This document shows positions 29,417 to 39,882 of a stretch of DNA of 64,000 nt, in pieces. The position numbers were made by a program, and so were the translations under genes. Within the stretch, counting starts at the first letter, position 1; every line of letters starts with the position of its first letter. The stretch comes from an uncultured bacterium. Lineage in GTDB: Bacteria > Krumholzibacteriota > Krumholzibacteriia > JAJRXK01. The DNA lies in contig CAZRMV010000010.1 of NCBI GenBank assembly GCA_964601275.1, positions 70,999 through 134,998 on the forward strand, read 5' to 3'. Under the pieces are notes generated by a model. The model had not been told where the DNA came from. It saw only the letters and a program-made list of their open reading frames with translations, and searched no databases.

Positions 29417-29953
29417 ATGGAATGCCGCCGACTGCGGATGATCCCGGAAAGGAGGGTGGCCATGTGGATCAACAACTTCGTCTCAGCGTCTTCCGTGCGC
29501 CCCTTCCACGCCCAACTGCCACCGCGGGAGGGCGATCGCGGCACGCGGACTTCCGGGATCTCGATTCCCGGGCTTCCGTGGTCCCGCATCTTCCTCGTCA
29601 TCGTCCTGGCCTTCCTGATGACGGGCGGATTCCAGCAAGAGTCCGCCGATGGTTCCACCACGGGAAGGGTGCAGGTCAGCGCCCGGGTCCTTCCCCTGGC
29701 CAAGGTGGAGAAGACAACCTCCCGGTTGGAGAAAGAGTGGGAGGAGATGATCCAGGATCAGCAGCTCCAACGCGAGCTTTCGACTCTGGGTCTTCACCAC
29801 GCCGATGATCTTCGCCTGGAAGACCTCGACGCTCTCGGCCGGAAATGGATCGGTGAGCGAGAGGTGGGGAACGGTAGTGTCCATCTTGAATTCGTCGCCC
29901 CCGGCCAAGCCGGACTCAACCCAGTCCTCCTCGTCGAATGGATCAGCAATTGA
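29417..29953 (+). CDS. Hypothetical protein with one TM segment
   Basis: RIFLVIVLAFLMTGG then STTGRVQVSARV; start uncertain. Confidence 0.5.
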   Translation: MECRRLRMIPERRVAMWINNFVSASSVRPFHAQLPPREGDRGTRTSGISIPGLPWSRIFLVIVLAFLMTGGFQQESADGSTTGRVQVSARVLPLAKVEKTTSRLEKEWEEMIQDQQLQRELSTLGLHHADDLRLEDLDALGRKWIGEREVGNGSVHLEFVAPGQAGLNPVLLVEWISN

Positions 29954-30834
29954 AGTACCGAGACCAGGAACAACAAGATGTCTTGTCGGAAGCCAAGCTC
30001 GACCGCTGGTTCTGGCGCGTTTGGTTCCTTCTGGTGGGCGTTTCGGTGATTTCCATCGCTGCGCTCGCGCTCACGATCGAGACCATCCATTCCTCTGCAC
30101 GGGACCCGTGGCCTTGGGAGGGAACCGACCTTGCCCTGGTGGGCGCTCTCTTCTTGCTCATGGTCATCTTCGCGGCGTACATGACCCACCAACAGCGCAG
30201 GATCATCAACCTGAAGAATTCCCTGAGGGATGCCGAGAGAAAGAGCCGGGAAATCAGCCGCCGGCATCGCAATCACCTTGTCGCCTTCTACAGCGTGAGT
30301 GCGGTGGTGGGGCAGCAAAACGACCCCCAGAAGGTCTTTGACTATATCGTGCGGCTCTGCCGGAAGGTCTTCGAAGCTGATCGTGTGTCGTTGATGATCC
30401 TGGACTTCAAGACCCAGATGCTCGAGGTACGGGCGGCGATTGGCCACGAAAATCCCGAGAAGGTCATCGGATCGAAGAGGAAGCTCGGTGAGGGGATCTC
30501 CGGCTGGGTGGCCCAACAGGGCGAACCGCTTCTTCTGGGAGGGGCCATTTCGGAACAGGAATACCCCGGGCACCGGCCGTGCGACGAATCGATCGTCTCG
30601 GCCATGGTGGTTCCGTTGGTGGTGCGCAATGAGGTGTGCGGAGTCCTGAACGTGTCCAACGATCATAGCGGCACCATCTACGATCGGGAAGACCTCGACG
30701 CCCTGCGGGTGTTCAGCGAAATCGCGGAATACTCGATTCGGCACGATGAGCAGACCACGTGGATGCGTCAGACCATCGAGACTCTCCGGCGTCAGAAGAC
30801 CCCCTGTTCGAAGGGGACGGAATCGCCGGTCTGA
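29938..30834 (+). CDS. Membrane-anchored GAF domain protein
   Basis: Two N-terminal TMs; ADRVSLMILD, GEGISGWVA, AMVVPLVV, GVLNVS. Confidence 0.85.
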   Translation: MDQQLKYRDQEQQDVLSEAKLDRWFWRVWFLLVGVSVISIAALALTIETIHSSARDPWPWEGTDLALVGALFLLMVIFAAYMTHQQRRIINLKNSLRDAERKSREISRRHRNHLVAFYSVSAVVGQQNDPQKVFDYIVRLCRKVFEADRVSLMILDFKTQMLEVRAAIGHENPEKVIGSKRKLGEGISGWVAQQGEPLLLGGAISEQEYPGHRPCDESIVSAMVVPLVVRNEVCGVLNVSNDHSGTIYDREDLDALRVFSEIAEYSIRHDEQTTWMRQTIETLRRQKTPCSKGTESPV

Positions 30835-30838
30835 GGAC

Positions 30839-31798
30839 TCAGACCCGGGTGAGCTTTTCAAACTGGTCGATGCGGCGACGGAGGATCTGCAGTGCCTTGG
30901 AGTGGATCTGGGAGATGCGTCCCTCGCTGAGGCCCAACTCCTCCCCGATCTCCCGCATGTTCAGATCTCCGAAGTAGTACAACTGGATCACCAGTTGTTG
31001 TTGGGGATCGAGCGCGTCCATCGCCTCGGTGAGTTCCTCTTCGAGGGCGAATTCCTCCACCTCGCGCGGCAGATCGTCCTGGTGACCGGACAAGGACTCC
31101 CACAGCTTCATCTCCAGGGGACGGATTGCGGTCGAATCCATCTCCTCCAGGCTGGTCACCGAAAGTGCCGGATTCTGCGCCAGCAGATTCCGGTAGGACG
31201 CGCAGTCCAGGTCGAGGGCCTTCGCCATCGCCGCCTCGGTGGCACGACGACAGGTCTGGTGTTCGATGGCCCTGGAGAGTTGATTGAGCTTGCGGGCGAG
31301 TTCGCGGCTGGCGCGGGGCATCCAGTCGATCCTCCGCAATTCGTCCTGGATGGCACCGCGAACCCGGATCGCGGCATAGCGTTCCAGGGGAACTCCCTTC
31401 CGAGGGTCGTAGCGCTTGGCCGCCTCGACGAAACCGAGCGCGCCGACCACCACCAGATCATCGAGTTCCAGGCTCGCGGGAAGGCGGGTGGCGAAACTCC
31501 TGGCGATGGATTCGATCATCGGCAAGTGCTCGGCCAGCAGTTCCTCGATGTCCGGGGGAGATCCATCGCCGGGTTCGGCGCGGCGGCCGGTATCCTCCGG
31601 AATGAGACCGAGACCGGCCTCGCCCGCAAGATCCGACGGGTCTTCCGGTTCGGGAAGGGTCTCGAGCAGGATGTTCCCGGACTGGACCGTCGCGCCGTCG
31701 TGGTGTGGTGCGCGCGGGGGGCCTGGTTCACGCGAACGGATTCCGGGTTGGGTCGGTCGTTCTTGCCCCAAGCTTGCTTCTCCCTTCGGGGATTCCAA
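30839..31798 (-). CDS. FliA/WhiG-family sigma-70 factor
   Basis: LDDLVVVGALGFVEAAKRYDP, RVRGAIQDELRRIDW, LNMREIGEELGLSEGRISQIHSKAL; true start probably downstream of 31798. Confidence 0.88.
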   Translation of the reverse strand: MESPKGEASLGQERPTQPGIRSREPGPPRAPHHDGATVQSGNILLETLPEPEDPSDLAGEAGLGLIPEDTGRRAEPGDGSPPDIEELLAEHLPMIESIARSFATRLPASLELDDLVVVGALGFVEAAKRYDPRKGVPLERYAAIRVRGAIQDELRRIDWMPRASRELARKLNQLSRAIEHQTCRRATEAAMAKALDLDCASYRNLLAQNPALSVTSLEEMDSTAIRPLEMKLWESLSGHQDDLPREVEEFALEEELTEAMDALDPQQQLVIQLYYFGDLNMREIGEELGLSEGRISQIHSKALQILRRRIDQFEKLTRV

Positions 31799-31809
31799 GG
31801 ATCCGCGTT

Positions 31810-31825
31810 AGCAATGCCTGTGCCG
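31810..31825 (-). promoter_or_regulatory. sigma54 (-24/-12) promoter upstream of the FliA-like gene
   Basis: CGGCACAGGCATTGCT on minus strand; GG-N10-GC spacing, close to consensus TGGCAC-N5-TTGCW. Confidence 0.6.
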
Positions 31826-31927
31826 GGGCTCTGATCGGTCAAGATCGGTACGGAAAGCGCGGTGCCGGGCGGGCACCGTCAGGGGGGGACGGAGAGGTGG
31901 AAGAAGAGAAACCCAAGTCCCCGGGAC

Positions 31928-32560
31928 TCAGGGCTGGGTGGTCCGCGCCTCGGCAATCAATGCGTCGATCTTCGCGCGCAGCTCGGGGTCTTCCGGTGGG
32001 GTCTTCGGGGCGAAGCGGTAGCGTACCTTTCCCTGCGCATCGACGAGATACTTGGTGAAGTTCCAGGTCGGCTCTTCCAACTCGCGGGTCAGGAAGACGT
32101 AGACTTCGTCCTTCTCCGTTCCCTTCACGTGCCGCTTGGAGAAGAGGGGGAAGGTGACGCCATAGTTCTGGGTGCAGAAGGTCCGGATCTCCTCGGGGCT
32201 TCCCGGCTCCTGATTGAGGAAATCACTGGAGGGAAAGCCCAGGAGCATGAACCCCTCGTCCTGCTTTTGACGATACAGGGCCTCCAGGCCCTCGTACTGC
32301 GGAGTGAGTCCGCACTTGCTGGCCACGTTCACCACCAGCGTCACCTTGCCGGAATACTCCTGCAGGGAGACCGGGTCTCCTTCGAGGGTTGTGGTCTTCA
32401 GGTCGTAGAAGGATTCCATGGGACTCCCTTCCTGGCCGGCGCCGGTGTGGGTTCGAGCGCTGGCAGTCTGGGTTTTCCCCCCGACGCGGGAAAGGATCAC
32501 CCAGGATGCCGCCGCCCCGAGGAGCAGGACGGAGAGAAGAAGCAAATGCAGCGGTTTCAT
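31928..32560 (-). CDS. Glutathione peroxidase (Cys type) with N-terminal signal/anchor
   Basis: VNVASKCGLTPQY, LGFPSSDFLNQEPG, WNFTKYLVD. Confidence 0.92.
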   Translation of the reverse strand: MKPLHLLLLSVLLLGAAASWVILSRVGGKTQTASARTHTGAGQEGSPMESFYDLKTTTLEGDPVSLQEYSGKVTLVVNVASKCGLTPQYEGLEALYRQKQDEGFMLLGFPSSDFLNQEPGSPEEIRTFCTQNYGVTFPLFSKRHVKGTEKDEVYVFLTRELEEPTWNFTKYLVDAQGKVRYRFAPKTPPEDPELRAKIDALIAEARTTQP

Positions 32561-32950
32561 GACACCTCGCGAAGGGGGGAAGGTTCATCAAGCGATCGGG
32601 GGGATCGTCCAGGGGGAACGACCGCACCAGGATCTGCTGATGTCATGGGGAATCCCCGGTCACCGGTGCGCCGAAGGTCGCACCCGGATGGACTCAACAT
32701 AGGATGAACCCGCGCGAGCCGCGAATCGAGGACTGCCTTCGGTTCCTCCACCCTCCGGCGGAACGGGGAGCAGGCCCCCGAAAGCTGCGGCCGACTGCCG
32801 ACCAGAAACCTCTTGCTCCGGTTCTGCGTATGGGTTTCCATCGCGCGGGCATGCCATGCCCACGATCTGCAGTGCTGGAAGTCGATTGCCGCCCGCCGGA
32901 ATGGAGCCCCGTACTCGGCGCCTCTTCCGCGGTACCACGTTGGAGGATCC

Positions 32951-33889
32951 ATGCCCGCAGTCCTCACCGTCGAGAACCTGCGCAAGAGTTTCAGTGAAGT
33001 CCGAGCCGTCGACGGCATCGATTTTGAGGTCGCCGAGGGGGAGATCTTCGGCTTTCTGGGCCCCAACGGCGCGGGGAAGACCACCACCATCTCCATGATC
33101 GCCGGCCTGTTGCGGCCCGATGACGGCGAAGTCCGGGTCGATGGACTGTCCATCGCCGATCATCCCCGACAGGTGAAGGAGAAGCTGGGCGTGGTGCCCC
33201 AGGAAGTGGCGGTCTACCCGGAACTCTCCGCCCGAGAGAACCTGCGCTTCTGGGGAGGAATCTACGGAATGAAGGGGAAGACCCTGGCCGACCGGGTCGA
33301 GGAACTGCTCGCGGAGGTGGGTCTGGAGGACCGCGCGGACGAGCCGGTGAAGCGCTTCTCCGGCGGCATGAAGCGCCGCCTCAACCTGGCCATGGGCCTC
33401 GTCCACCGGCCGCGGCTCATCCTGCTGGACGAGCCAACCGTCGGCATCGATCCCCAGGCGCGCAAGAAGATCCTCGACATCGTCGAAGACATCACCCGCA
33501 GCGGTCAGACGGTTCTCTATACCACGCACTATCTGGAGGAGGCCGAGTCCTTCTGTGATCGCCTGGCGATCATCGACCATGGCCGCATCCTGGCTGAAGG
33601 AACCATCTCCGAGCTCAAGTCGCAGCTCGGGGATGGCTCCCTCCTGACGGTCCAGGGGTCGTTCAGTGAGCAGGAATTCCGACGGATCCTTGCCGACATG
33701 GAAGGTCTTCAGCCGGTGGAGATCTCCGACGGACGCGCCATGCTCCTGGTGCCCCGGGGAAGCCGGGGAGTCGGGGCGGCGCTGGAGAGCCTCTACGGCG
33801 CCGGGCTGCACCTGGAGGATGTTCTCATCAAGGAACCGAATCTGGAGGATCTCTTCCTGAAGCTGACCGGCCGGGAGCTGCGCGACTGA
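32951..33889 (+). CDS. ABC-2 exporter ATP-binding protein
   Basis: GPNGAGKTT, FSGGMKRRL, LLDEPT, TTH. Confidence 0.95.
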   Translation: MPAVLTVENLRKSFSEVRAVDGIDFEVAEGEIFGFLGPNGAGKTTTISMIAGLLRPDDGEVRVDGLSIADHPRQVKEKLGVVPQEVAVYPELSARENLRFWGGIYGMKGKTLADRVEELLAEVGLEDRADEPVKRFSGGMKRRLNLAMGLVHRPRLILLDEPTVGIDPQARKKILDIVEDITRSGQTVLYTTHYLEEAESFCDRLAIIDHGRILAEGTISELKSQLGDGSLLTVQGSFSEQEFRRILADMEGLQPVEISDGRAMLLVPRGSRGVGAALESLYGAGLHLEDVLIKEPNLEDLFLKLTGRELRD

Positions 33890-35136
33890 TGTGGCCGTTG
33901 ATCGTCAAGGACTTCCGCCGGCGCCGGCGATCGCCCCTGTCGACCGTGGTGATGCTCGTGTTTCCCCTGTTCATGAGCTTGACCCTGGGGGCGCTCATCG
34001 GAGATCCCGGGGCCGGGAAGAAGACGCCGCCGCTGAAGATCCTGGTGGAGAACCGGGACGAGAAGGGGTTCATCTCCAACGCCATCGTGGGGGCATTGGG
34101 AAACGGCGAGGCCGCGGGGCGATTGGACGCCACCCTGGTCGATGTGGGCGAGGGGGAGGCCTTGATGGAGAAGGGCAAGGCCTCGGCGCTGCTCATCCTT
34201 CCCGAGGACTTCAGCCGGGATCTGCTGGAGAGGCGGCCGACCCACATCACCGTGGTGCGCAATCCCGCCGAGGGCATCTATCCGGAGATCGCGGTCCAGG
34301 GTGCCGGAGTTCTTTCCACCTATCTCGATCAGGGCGCGCGCCTGTTGGGTGACGATCTGGCGGCGATCCAGGAGATGATCGACGACGGACATCTTCCCCC
34401 GGCGGCCAAGGTCGGAGAGGTGGCGGCCCATCTGATGGAGAAGGCGAAGGGGCTGAAGCGGTACCTGTTCCCCCTCCTGGTGACGGTCCACTCGACCAAG
34501 GCCGAGAAGGAAGGCGCTCCGACCTTCTCCATCATCGGCTACATCCTGGTGATGACGACGGTCATGGCGGTGTTGTTCGTGGCGGTGCGTTCGATCCACG
34601 ACCTCTTCGAAGAGGAGAAATCCGGCATGTTGAAGCGTCAGGCGGCGTCTCCGCTGGGGGTCTCCCGCATCGTCACCGCCAAGTTGATCTTCGGGATCCT
34701 GATGGGAGTCGCGGTCACCGCGATTCTCGCTTTGGCGGGGTCGCTCCTGGGCTGGATCAAGCCCCCGGTGGATGTCCTGGCCGTCGTGCTGCTGACCATC
34801 CTCTTCAGCGCCGCCGCGTGTGGCGTCGTGGCGTTGATCTTTTCAGTCAGTCGCAGCGAGAAGCAGGCGGGGATCCTCTCGTGGCTGGTGATCATGGGAA
34901 TGAGCGCGATGGGAGGAAGCCTGGTTCCATTGGAGGCGATGTCGGGGATGATGCGGCGCGCCGCGCCCTTCACCGTCAACTACTGGGCCATCGAGGGCTA
35001 CAAGCGGGTGCTGTTCGACGGCGCGCACACCGGCGGGATCTTCCAGGTCCTTCTGGTCCTGGTGGTGATCGCCGCCCTCACCCTGGTGCTGAGCGGGGCG
35101 CTCCTTTCCCGCCGCCTGAAGGAGATCCACCAGTGA
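33889..35136 (+). CDS. ABC-2 type permease
   Basis: N-terminal TM, extracytoplasmic loop, EEEKSGMLKR, six-TM C-terminal pattern. Confidence 0.88.
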   Translation: MWPLIVKDFRRRRRSPLSTVVMLVFPLFMSLTLGALIGDPGAGKKTPPLKILVENRDEKGFISNAIVGALGNGEAAGRLDATLVDVGEGEALMEKGKASALLILPEDFSRDLLERRPTHITVVRNPAEGIYPEIAVQGAGVLSTYLDQGARLLGDDLAAIQEMIDDGHLPPAAKVGEVAAHLMEKAKGLKRYLFPLLVTVHSTKAEKEGAPTFSIIGYILVMTTVMAVLFVAVRSIHDLFEEEKSGMLKRQAASPLGVSRIVTAKLIFGILMGVAVTAILALAGSLLGWIKPPVDVLAVVLLTILFSAAACGVVALIFSVSRSEKQAGILSWLVIMGMSAMGGSLVPLEAMSGMMRRAAPFTVNYWAIEGYKRVLFDGAHTGGIFQVLLVLVVIAALTLVLSGALLSRRLKEIHQ

Positions 35137-36335
35137 GACGGGTCTGGCACCTGGCGTGGCACGACTCCCGCCTCTTCCTGATGCGCCGGGAGAACCTCTT
35201 CTTCATGCTGGGAATGCCGGTTCTCTTCATGTTGTTCTTCAGTTCGGTGTTCCGCGGTGGCTCGGGTCCCCAGCAGGTGAGGGTGCAGTTGGGGGTGATC
35301 GATGCCGATCACAGTTTCCTCTCGATGGCGTTCATCGAGCAACTCAGGGACGAACACTTCCAGGTCGTGGTGCACGAACCGGCCCAGGCCGACAGCCTCG
35401 ACCTCGTGCGCACGGTCCATATTCCCCCGGCGTTCGGCGACAGCGTCCTGGCCGGCCGGCCGGTCACCCTCGAGGTTGTCAAGGAGGCGACCAGCGACAT
35501 CAACTTCGACCTCGCGGCCGATGTCCATCTGCACCGGACCCAGGTGGCCTTCCTGGGCACATTGATCCGCTGGGAACAGGAAACCGGTCGACATTTCCCG
35601 TCGGTGTCGCAGGTCGGTGAGGCCGACAAGGGGCGTTTACTGGCCCTGGCCGCCGAGTCCAGCCTGGTCACGGTGGAAGACCGCTACGCCGGCCGCGGTC
35701 GCCCGGTTCCGAGCGGAGCCGGCCAATCGATTCCCGGCATGCTGGCAATGTTCGTGCTGATGACCGTGCTCATCGGGGGCAGCGAGAGTCTCACCCGCGA
35801 AAAGCACGAGGGTACCCTGTCGCGGCTGGCGACCACGCCGTTCTCGCGGGGGGAAATCCTGGGCGGGAAGGTTCTGCAACTGACCGCCGTGGGCTTCATC
35901 CAAGCACTGGTGCTGATGGCGGCGGGACAGGTGATCGGCGCGATCCATCTCTTCGGGATCGACTTCTCCTGGGGACGGCATTTCGTCGCCCTCGCGCTCA
36001 TGCTCATCCCCTACGGCTTCGCGGTGGGATGCCTGACCCTCTTCGTAGGGGGGGTGTTCCGCACCACCCAACAGGCGGAGAGCCTGGCCTGGCTCTTGGG
36101 AATCATCATCTCCGCCCTGGGGGGCGCCTGGTGGCCGATGGAATTGATGCCCCGCGGGATGCAGATCCTGGCCCGGTTCCTTCCCAGCTACTGGGCCCTG
36201 GAAGGAATCCATTCCCTGCTGACCTTCGGCCGGGGACCTACCGCGGTGATCCTTCCCTCGTTGATCCTGGTGGGGTTCGGGGTTCTCTTCGGTTGGCTGG
36301 GCAGCCGGACCATGCGGATCGAAGGAATCGGCTGA
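35133..36335 (+). CDS. ABC-2 type permease
   Basis: GTG overlapping the upstream stop; REKHEGTLSRL, ALGGAWWPME. Confidence 0.88.
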   Translation: MRRVWHLAWHDSRLFLMRRENLFFMLGMPVLFMLFFSSVFRGGSGPQQVRVQLGVIDADHSFLSMAFIEQLRDEHFQVVVHEPAQADSLDLVRTVHIPPAFGDSVLAGRPVTLEVVKEATSDINFDLAADVHLHRTQVAFLGTLIRWEQETGRHFPSVSQVGEADKGRLLALAAESSLVTVEDRYAGRGRPVPSGAGQSIPGMLAMFVLMTVLIGGSESLTREKHEGTLSRLATTPFSRGEILGGKVLQLTAVGFIQALVLMAAGQVIGAIHLFGIDFSWGRHFVALALMLIPYGFAVGCLTLFVGGVFRTTQQAESLAWLLGIIISALGGAWWPMELMPRGMQILARFLPSYWALEGIHSLLTFGRGPTAVILPSLILVGFGVLFGWLGSRTMRIEGIG

Positions 36336-36400
36336 TCCGTGACCGCTTCGCCCGGGTTCACGCCGGGCCCATCCTGCTCCGGCTTCAAGCGCGCCTGCCG

Positions 36401-37321
36401 TCAGCTGGGAGAATCGCTGCTCCCGGCTTCTTCTTCCGCATTCCTCGTCAGCAATTCCTCGAGGTCTGCGTCCTTGCGTTCCCACAATCCCTGGACCCAC
36501 TGCTGGATGCGGTTGCGGTAGGCTTCGTCGTGCAGGTAGTCGCCCTGCATCAGGTCCTCCGGGAGATCCTCCAGGCGGGCCCGGACGCGGACCAGCGGCA
36601 CCTTCCCCCCCAGGAAGTGGAGGAATCCCGGGTTGCCCCGCGGGTAGGCGATGGTGAGATCGATCATCCGGCGCAGTTGGCCTTCCATGGCATTGAAGGT
36701 GAGGGCGACCCCGCCGGCGCGCGGCTTGAGCAGGTGACGATAGGGCGATTGCTGGCGCTGGTGTTTCTCCGGGCGGAAGCGCGTGCCCTCGAGGAAGTTG
36801 ATGACGGCGACCGGCCGTCCCCGATACCTCCGGCACATCTTCCGCACCGTCTCCAGGTCGCGTCCGCGTTGTTCGGGATGCTGCTGGAGGTACTCGCGGC
36901 TGTGGCGTCGCATGGCGGGGAAGTCCAGGCCCCAGAACACCGGTCCAATCAGCGGCAGCCACATGAGTTCCCGCTTGAGGAAGAAACGGGGGAAGGGAGC
37001 CTTGCCGGTCAGAACCTCCAGGAGGACCAGCACATCGACCCAGCTCTGGTGATTGACCACCACGAGGTATGACTCCTCGGGATCGGTGGGCTCGAACCAT
37101 TCGATTTCCCATCGTGTCGGCAGCACCAGGGTCTGGATGATGACGACCCCGTGCGCCCAGATCGTGCTGAGGCGGGTGATGAGGTCGGTGATGGTCTGGC
37201 GCCAATACCAGTGGGGGGTCAAGAGCTTCAGGAGCAGCAGGAGATAGATGGGAATGCACACCGCCGCGGTGAACAGGGTCGCGATGACCAGAAGCGCTGC
37301 GGCGAGGAGAAAGGAACCCAT
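36401..37321 (-). CDS. PlsC/YihG-like acyltransferase
   Basis: NHQSWVD (HX4D), FFLKRELMWLP, FLEGTR, LLKPRAGG. Confidence 0.9.
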   Translation of the reverse strand: MGSFLLAAALLVIATLFTAAVCIPIYLLLLLKLLTPHWYWRQTITDLITRLSTIWAHGVVIIQTLVLPTRWEIEWFEPTDPEESYLVVVNHQSWVDVLVLLEVLTGKAPFPRFFLKRELMWLPLIGPVFWGLDFPAMRRHSREYLQQHPEQRGRDLETVRKMCRRYRGRPVAVINFLEGTRFRPEKHQRQQSPYRHLLKPRAGGVALTFNAMEGQLRRMIDLTIAYPRGNPGFLHFLGGKVPLVRVRARLEDLPEDLMQGDYLHDEAYRNRIQQWVQGLWERKDADLEELLTRNAEEEAGSSDSPS

Positions 37322-37325
37322 GATC

Positions 37326-38282
37326 TCAGTTGATGCTCAGCTCATCGTCGTCGTCCAGCCATTGGCCGCTGCGGTCGAGGGTGTCGTCCCAAGGCTGGGA
37401 AGGTGCAGCCTCCACGCCTGGTGAAGATGAGGCCTCCACGGTCACCGGCGCGGTCAGGGTGAGCAGATTCTCGATGCCCTGGATATCCGCCATGGCATCG
37501 GCCTGGGCGGCGGGATCGCCGGGGCCGTTCAGCAGGAGTTCGCGGGCGACTTCCTGGTAGGCCAGCGCTCCCTTGGACAGCGGCGAGTACACCACCAGGG
37601 GACGCTTGCGGTCGGTCATCTCCTGCATCCGGACGGTGCGGGGGATCATGGACACCATGATGCGGTCGCCATGGTTCTCGTAGAGCTGACCGACGACCTT
37701 GCGGGCCATGCGGGTCCGCAGGTCGACCATGGTCAGCAGGAATCCCTCGCATTCCAGTTGAGGGTTGGCGGTCTCCCGGATCTCCTCGGCCACCTCCAGC
37801 ATCCGGGGCAGGGTTCGATAGCTCAGCTCCTCGGCCTGGATGGGGACCAGGTAGGAATCGGACGCGGCCAGGCAGGCGCGGGTGAGGTGGCTGAGGGTCG
37901 CCGGGCTGTCGATGATCACGAAGTCGAAGCGCTCGGTGACCTCGTCCAGGAGCTCGCGGAAGATGAAGGGGTCCTGCCGGGCCAGTTCGTGGAGGTGATC
38001 CTCGGTCTCGGTGTCGACCCTCCCCGCGGGCAGGAGTTTCAGTCCTTCCACCGAGGTCTCGACGATGGCCTCGTCCGTCGCAGCCCAGTTGCGCAGGACA
38101 TCAGCCAATCCTTTCCGCTCTTCTTCGGCCTCCAGCAAACTGCGGCTGAGGCCGCCCTGGGGGTCGGCCTCCAGCAGGAGGACTCTCTGTCCTTCCTGCG
38201 CCAGTGCGGCAGAGAGATTGGCGGCGGTGGTGGTCTTGCCCACCCCGCCCTTCTGGGAAACGATGGCGATCACCTTGGCCAT
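37326..38282 (-). CDS. ParA/Soj family ATPase
   Basis: SQKGGVGKTTTA, EADPQG, IIDSP, VPIQAE. Confidence 0.9.
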   Translation of the reverse strand: MAKVIAIVSQKGGVGKTTTAANLSAALAQEGQRVLLLEADPQGGLSRSLLEAEEERKGLADVLRNWAATDEAIVETSVEGLKLLPAGRVDTETEDHLHELARQDPFIFRELLDEVTERFDFVIIDSPATLSHLTRACLAASDSYLVPIQAEELSYRTLPRMLEVAEEIRETANPQLECEGFLLTMVDLRTRMARKVVGQLYENHGDRIMVSMIPRTVRMQEMTDRKRPLVVYSPLSKGALAYQEVARELLLNGPGDPAAQADAMADIQGIENLLTLTAPVTVEASSSPGVEAAPSQPWDDTLDRSGQWLDDDDELSIN

Positions 38283-38539
38283 GTGTGTCTCCTCCAGCCG
38301 AACCAGGACAGTCAAGGAGTGAAGTGGGGCGTGCAACAAGGCCGCCAAGGTACAACATCCGGCGAGGGCTGACCAGCCCCACTGGCGCTTTTCTTCGCCC
38401 CTGGGGGAAAAGTTCTCCCCAGATTTCTGGGCCGGTCCGTTGACCCGGGTGGCCCGGGTACGCTAGGCTTGGTTTTTCCGTGGAGGGGGCCGCGCGGCGG
38501 CCCCGGAACCATGCCTCTTGGGAAGGAACGAGCACGGAA

Positions 38540-38977
38540 ATGGCAGGAGTCAACAAGGCCATCATCATCGGAAACCTGGGCGCCGACCCCGAGATGCGGA
38601 CGACGCAGAACGGAACCCAGGTCGCCAATTTCAACGTGGCCACCACCGAGCAATACACCGATCAATCCGGCCAGCGCCAGGAGCGGACCGAGTGGCACCG
38701 CATCGTGGCGTTCGGGCGGCTGGCGGAGATCTGCGGTCAGTACCTGCACAAGGGCAAGCAGGTGTACATCGAAGGTCGCATCCAGACGCGCAAGTGGACG
38801 GACCAGAACGGGAACGACAAGTGGACCACCGAGATCATCGCGCAGCAGATGCAGATGCTGGGCCGGGTCTCCGATGGGGCCAGTGGCGTGGGAGCTTCGG
38901 CTCCTTCCGGCGGGGCCACCCGTACCGCGGCAGCGGGCGGGGAGATGGCCGCCGAAGACGACGACCTGCCCTTCTGA
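38540..38977 (+). CDS. ssb: Single-stranded DNA-binding protein
   Basis: [39 protein letters not shown]-terminal DDDLPF. Confidence 0.97.
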   Translation: MAGVNKAIIIGNLGADPEMRTTQNGTQVANFNVATTEQYTDQSGQRQERTEWHRIVAFGRLAEICGQYLHKGKQVYIEGRIQTRKWTDQNGNDKWTTEIIAQQMQMLGRVSDGASGVGASAPSGGATRTAAAGGEMAAEDDDLPF

Positions 38978-39132
38978 TCCCTTGCCCTTGGGACGCTGAT
39001 GACGTGGACGGCGTTCCGGCGTGTCCCTCGTAACGCCTTGGGCTTGTAAGAGCCGAACCGATGGTGGGGCCGGGAGCAATCCCGGCCCCCGTTTCCGTGG
39101 TGGCTTCGCCCGGTCCGATTCGTTCCGGTGGC

Positions 39133-39882
39133 TCAGGCCCGGGTGGGACACCACTTGTAGAGGGTGCAGTCGTCGCATCGAGGAGAACGCGCCTTGCACA
39201 CCTGCCGGCCGTGCAGGATGAGCTCGTGGGAGAACTGGACCCACCGTGCGCGGGGAATCAGGGCGTTCAGGTCGCGCTCGACCTTCACCGGATCGGTCTC
39301 GTCGGTCAGGGCCAGCTTCCAGGCGATGCGCTTGACGTGGGTGTCGACGACCACACCCCCCGGATTGTCGAAGGCATTCCCCAGGACGACATTGGCGGTC
39401 TTGCGCCCGACCCCGGGCAGGGCACAGAGCTGGTCCATGTCGTTGGGAATCTTCCCGCCGTGGTGTTCGACCAGGGCCTGGCACGCCGCGCGGATGTTCT
39501 TGGCCTTGTTGCGGAAGAATCCGGTGGAACGGATCGCCTCCTCGATCTCCTCCTGACTGGCCTGGGCGAAGTCGCGCGGCGTCGGGTACTCCTGGAACAA
39601 GGTCCGGGTCACCTGGTTCACCCGCACGTCGGTGCACTGGGCCGAAAGGATCGTGGCGATCAGCAGTTGGAACGGGTTGCGGTGGATCAACGCGCACTCG
39701 GCGGCGGGATACAGGCGCTGCAGTTCCTTGTCGATTTCCTTCCAGTGCGGATTGGGAACCACGCGGCGCAGATTCTTCGCGGCGGCGGCCCGGCCGCGGG
39801 ATGCCTTCGTATCGGACGTCTTCCGCCCGGCAGTCTTCTTCGATACGGTCTTGCGGGCGGCGCGTTCTTTCTTCTGGGCCAT
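39133..39882 (-). CDS. nth: Endonuclease III
   Basis: LLIATILSAQCTD, LPGVGRKTANVV, VDTHV, 4Fe-4S motif CKARSPRCDDCTLYKWC. Confidence 0.95.
   Translation of the reverse strand: MAQKKERAARKTVSKKTAGRKTSDTKASRGRAAAAKNLRRVVPNPHWKEIDKELQRLYPAAECALIHRNPFQLLIATILSAQCTDVRVNQVTRTLFQEYPTPRDFAQASQEEIEEAIRSTGFFRNKAKNIRAACQALVEHHGGKIPNDMDQLCALPGVGRKTANVVLGNAFDNPGGVVVDTHVKRIAWKLALTDETDPVKVERDLNALIPRARWVQFSHELILHGRQVCKARSPRCDDCTLYKWCPTRA

Noticed and set aside
31928-32560. Selenocysteine glutathione peroxidase
   Set aside because: The active-site codon is TGC (SKCG), with no in-frame TGA
32561-32950. Riboswitch in the 390-bp gap between the peroxidase and ABC operon
   Set aside because: No known aptamer core recognised; a covariance search would be needed
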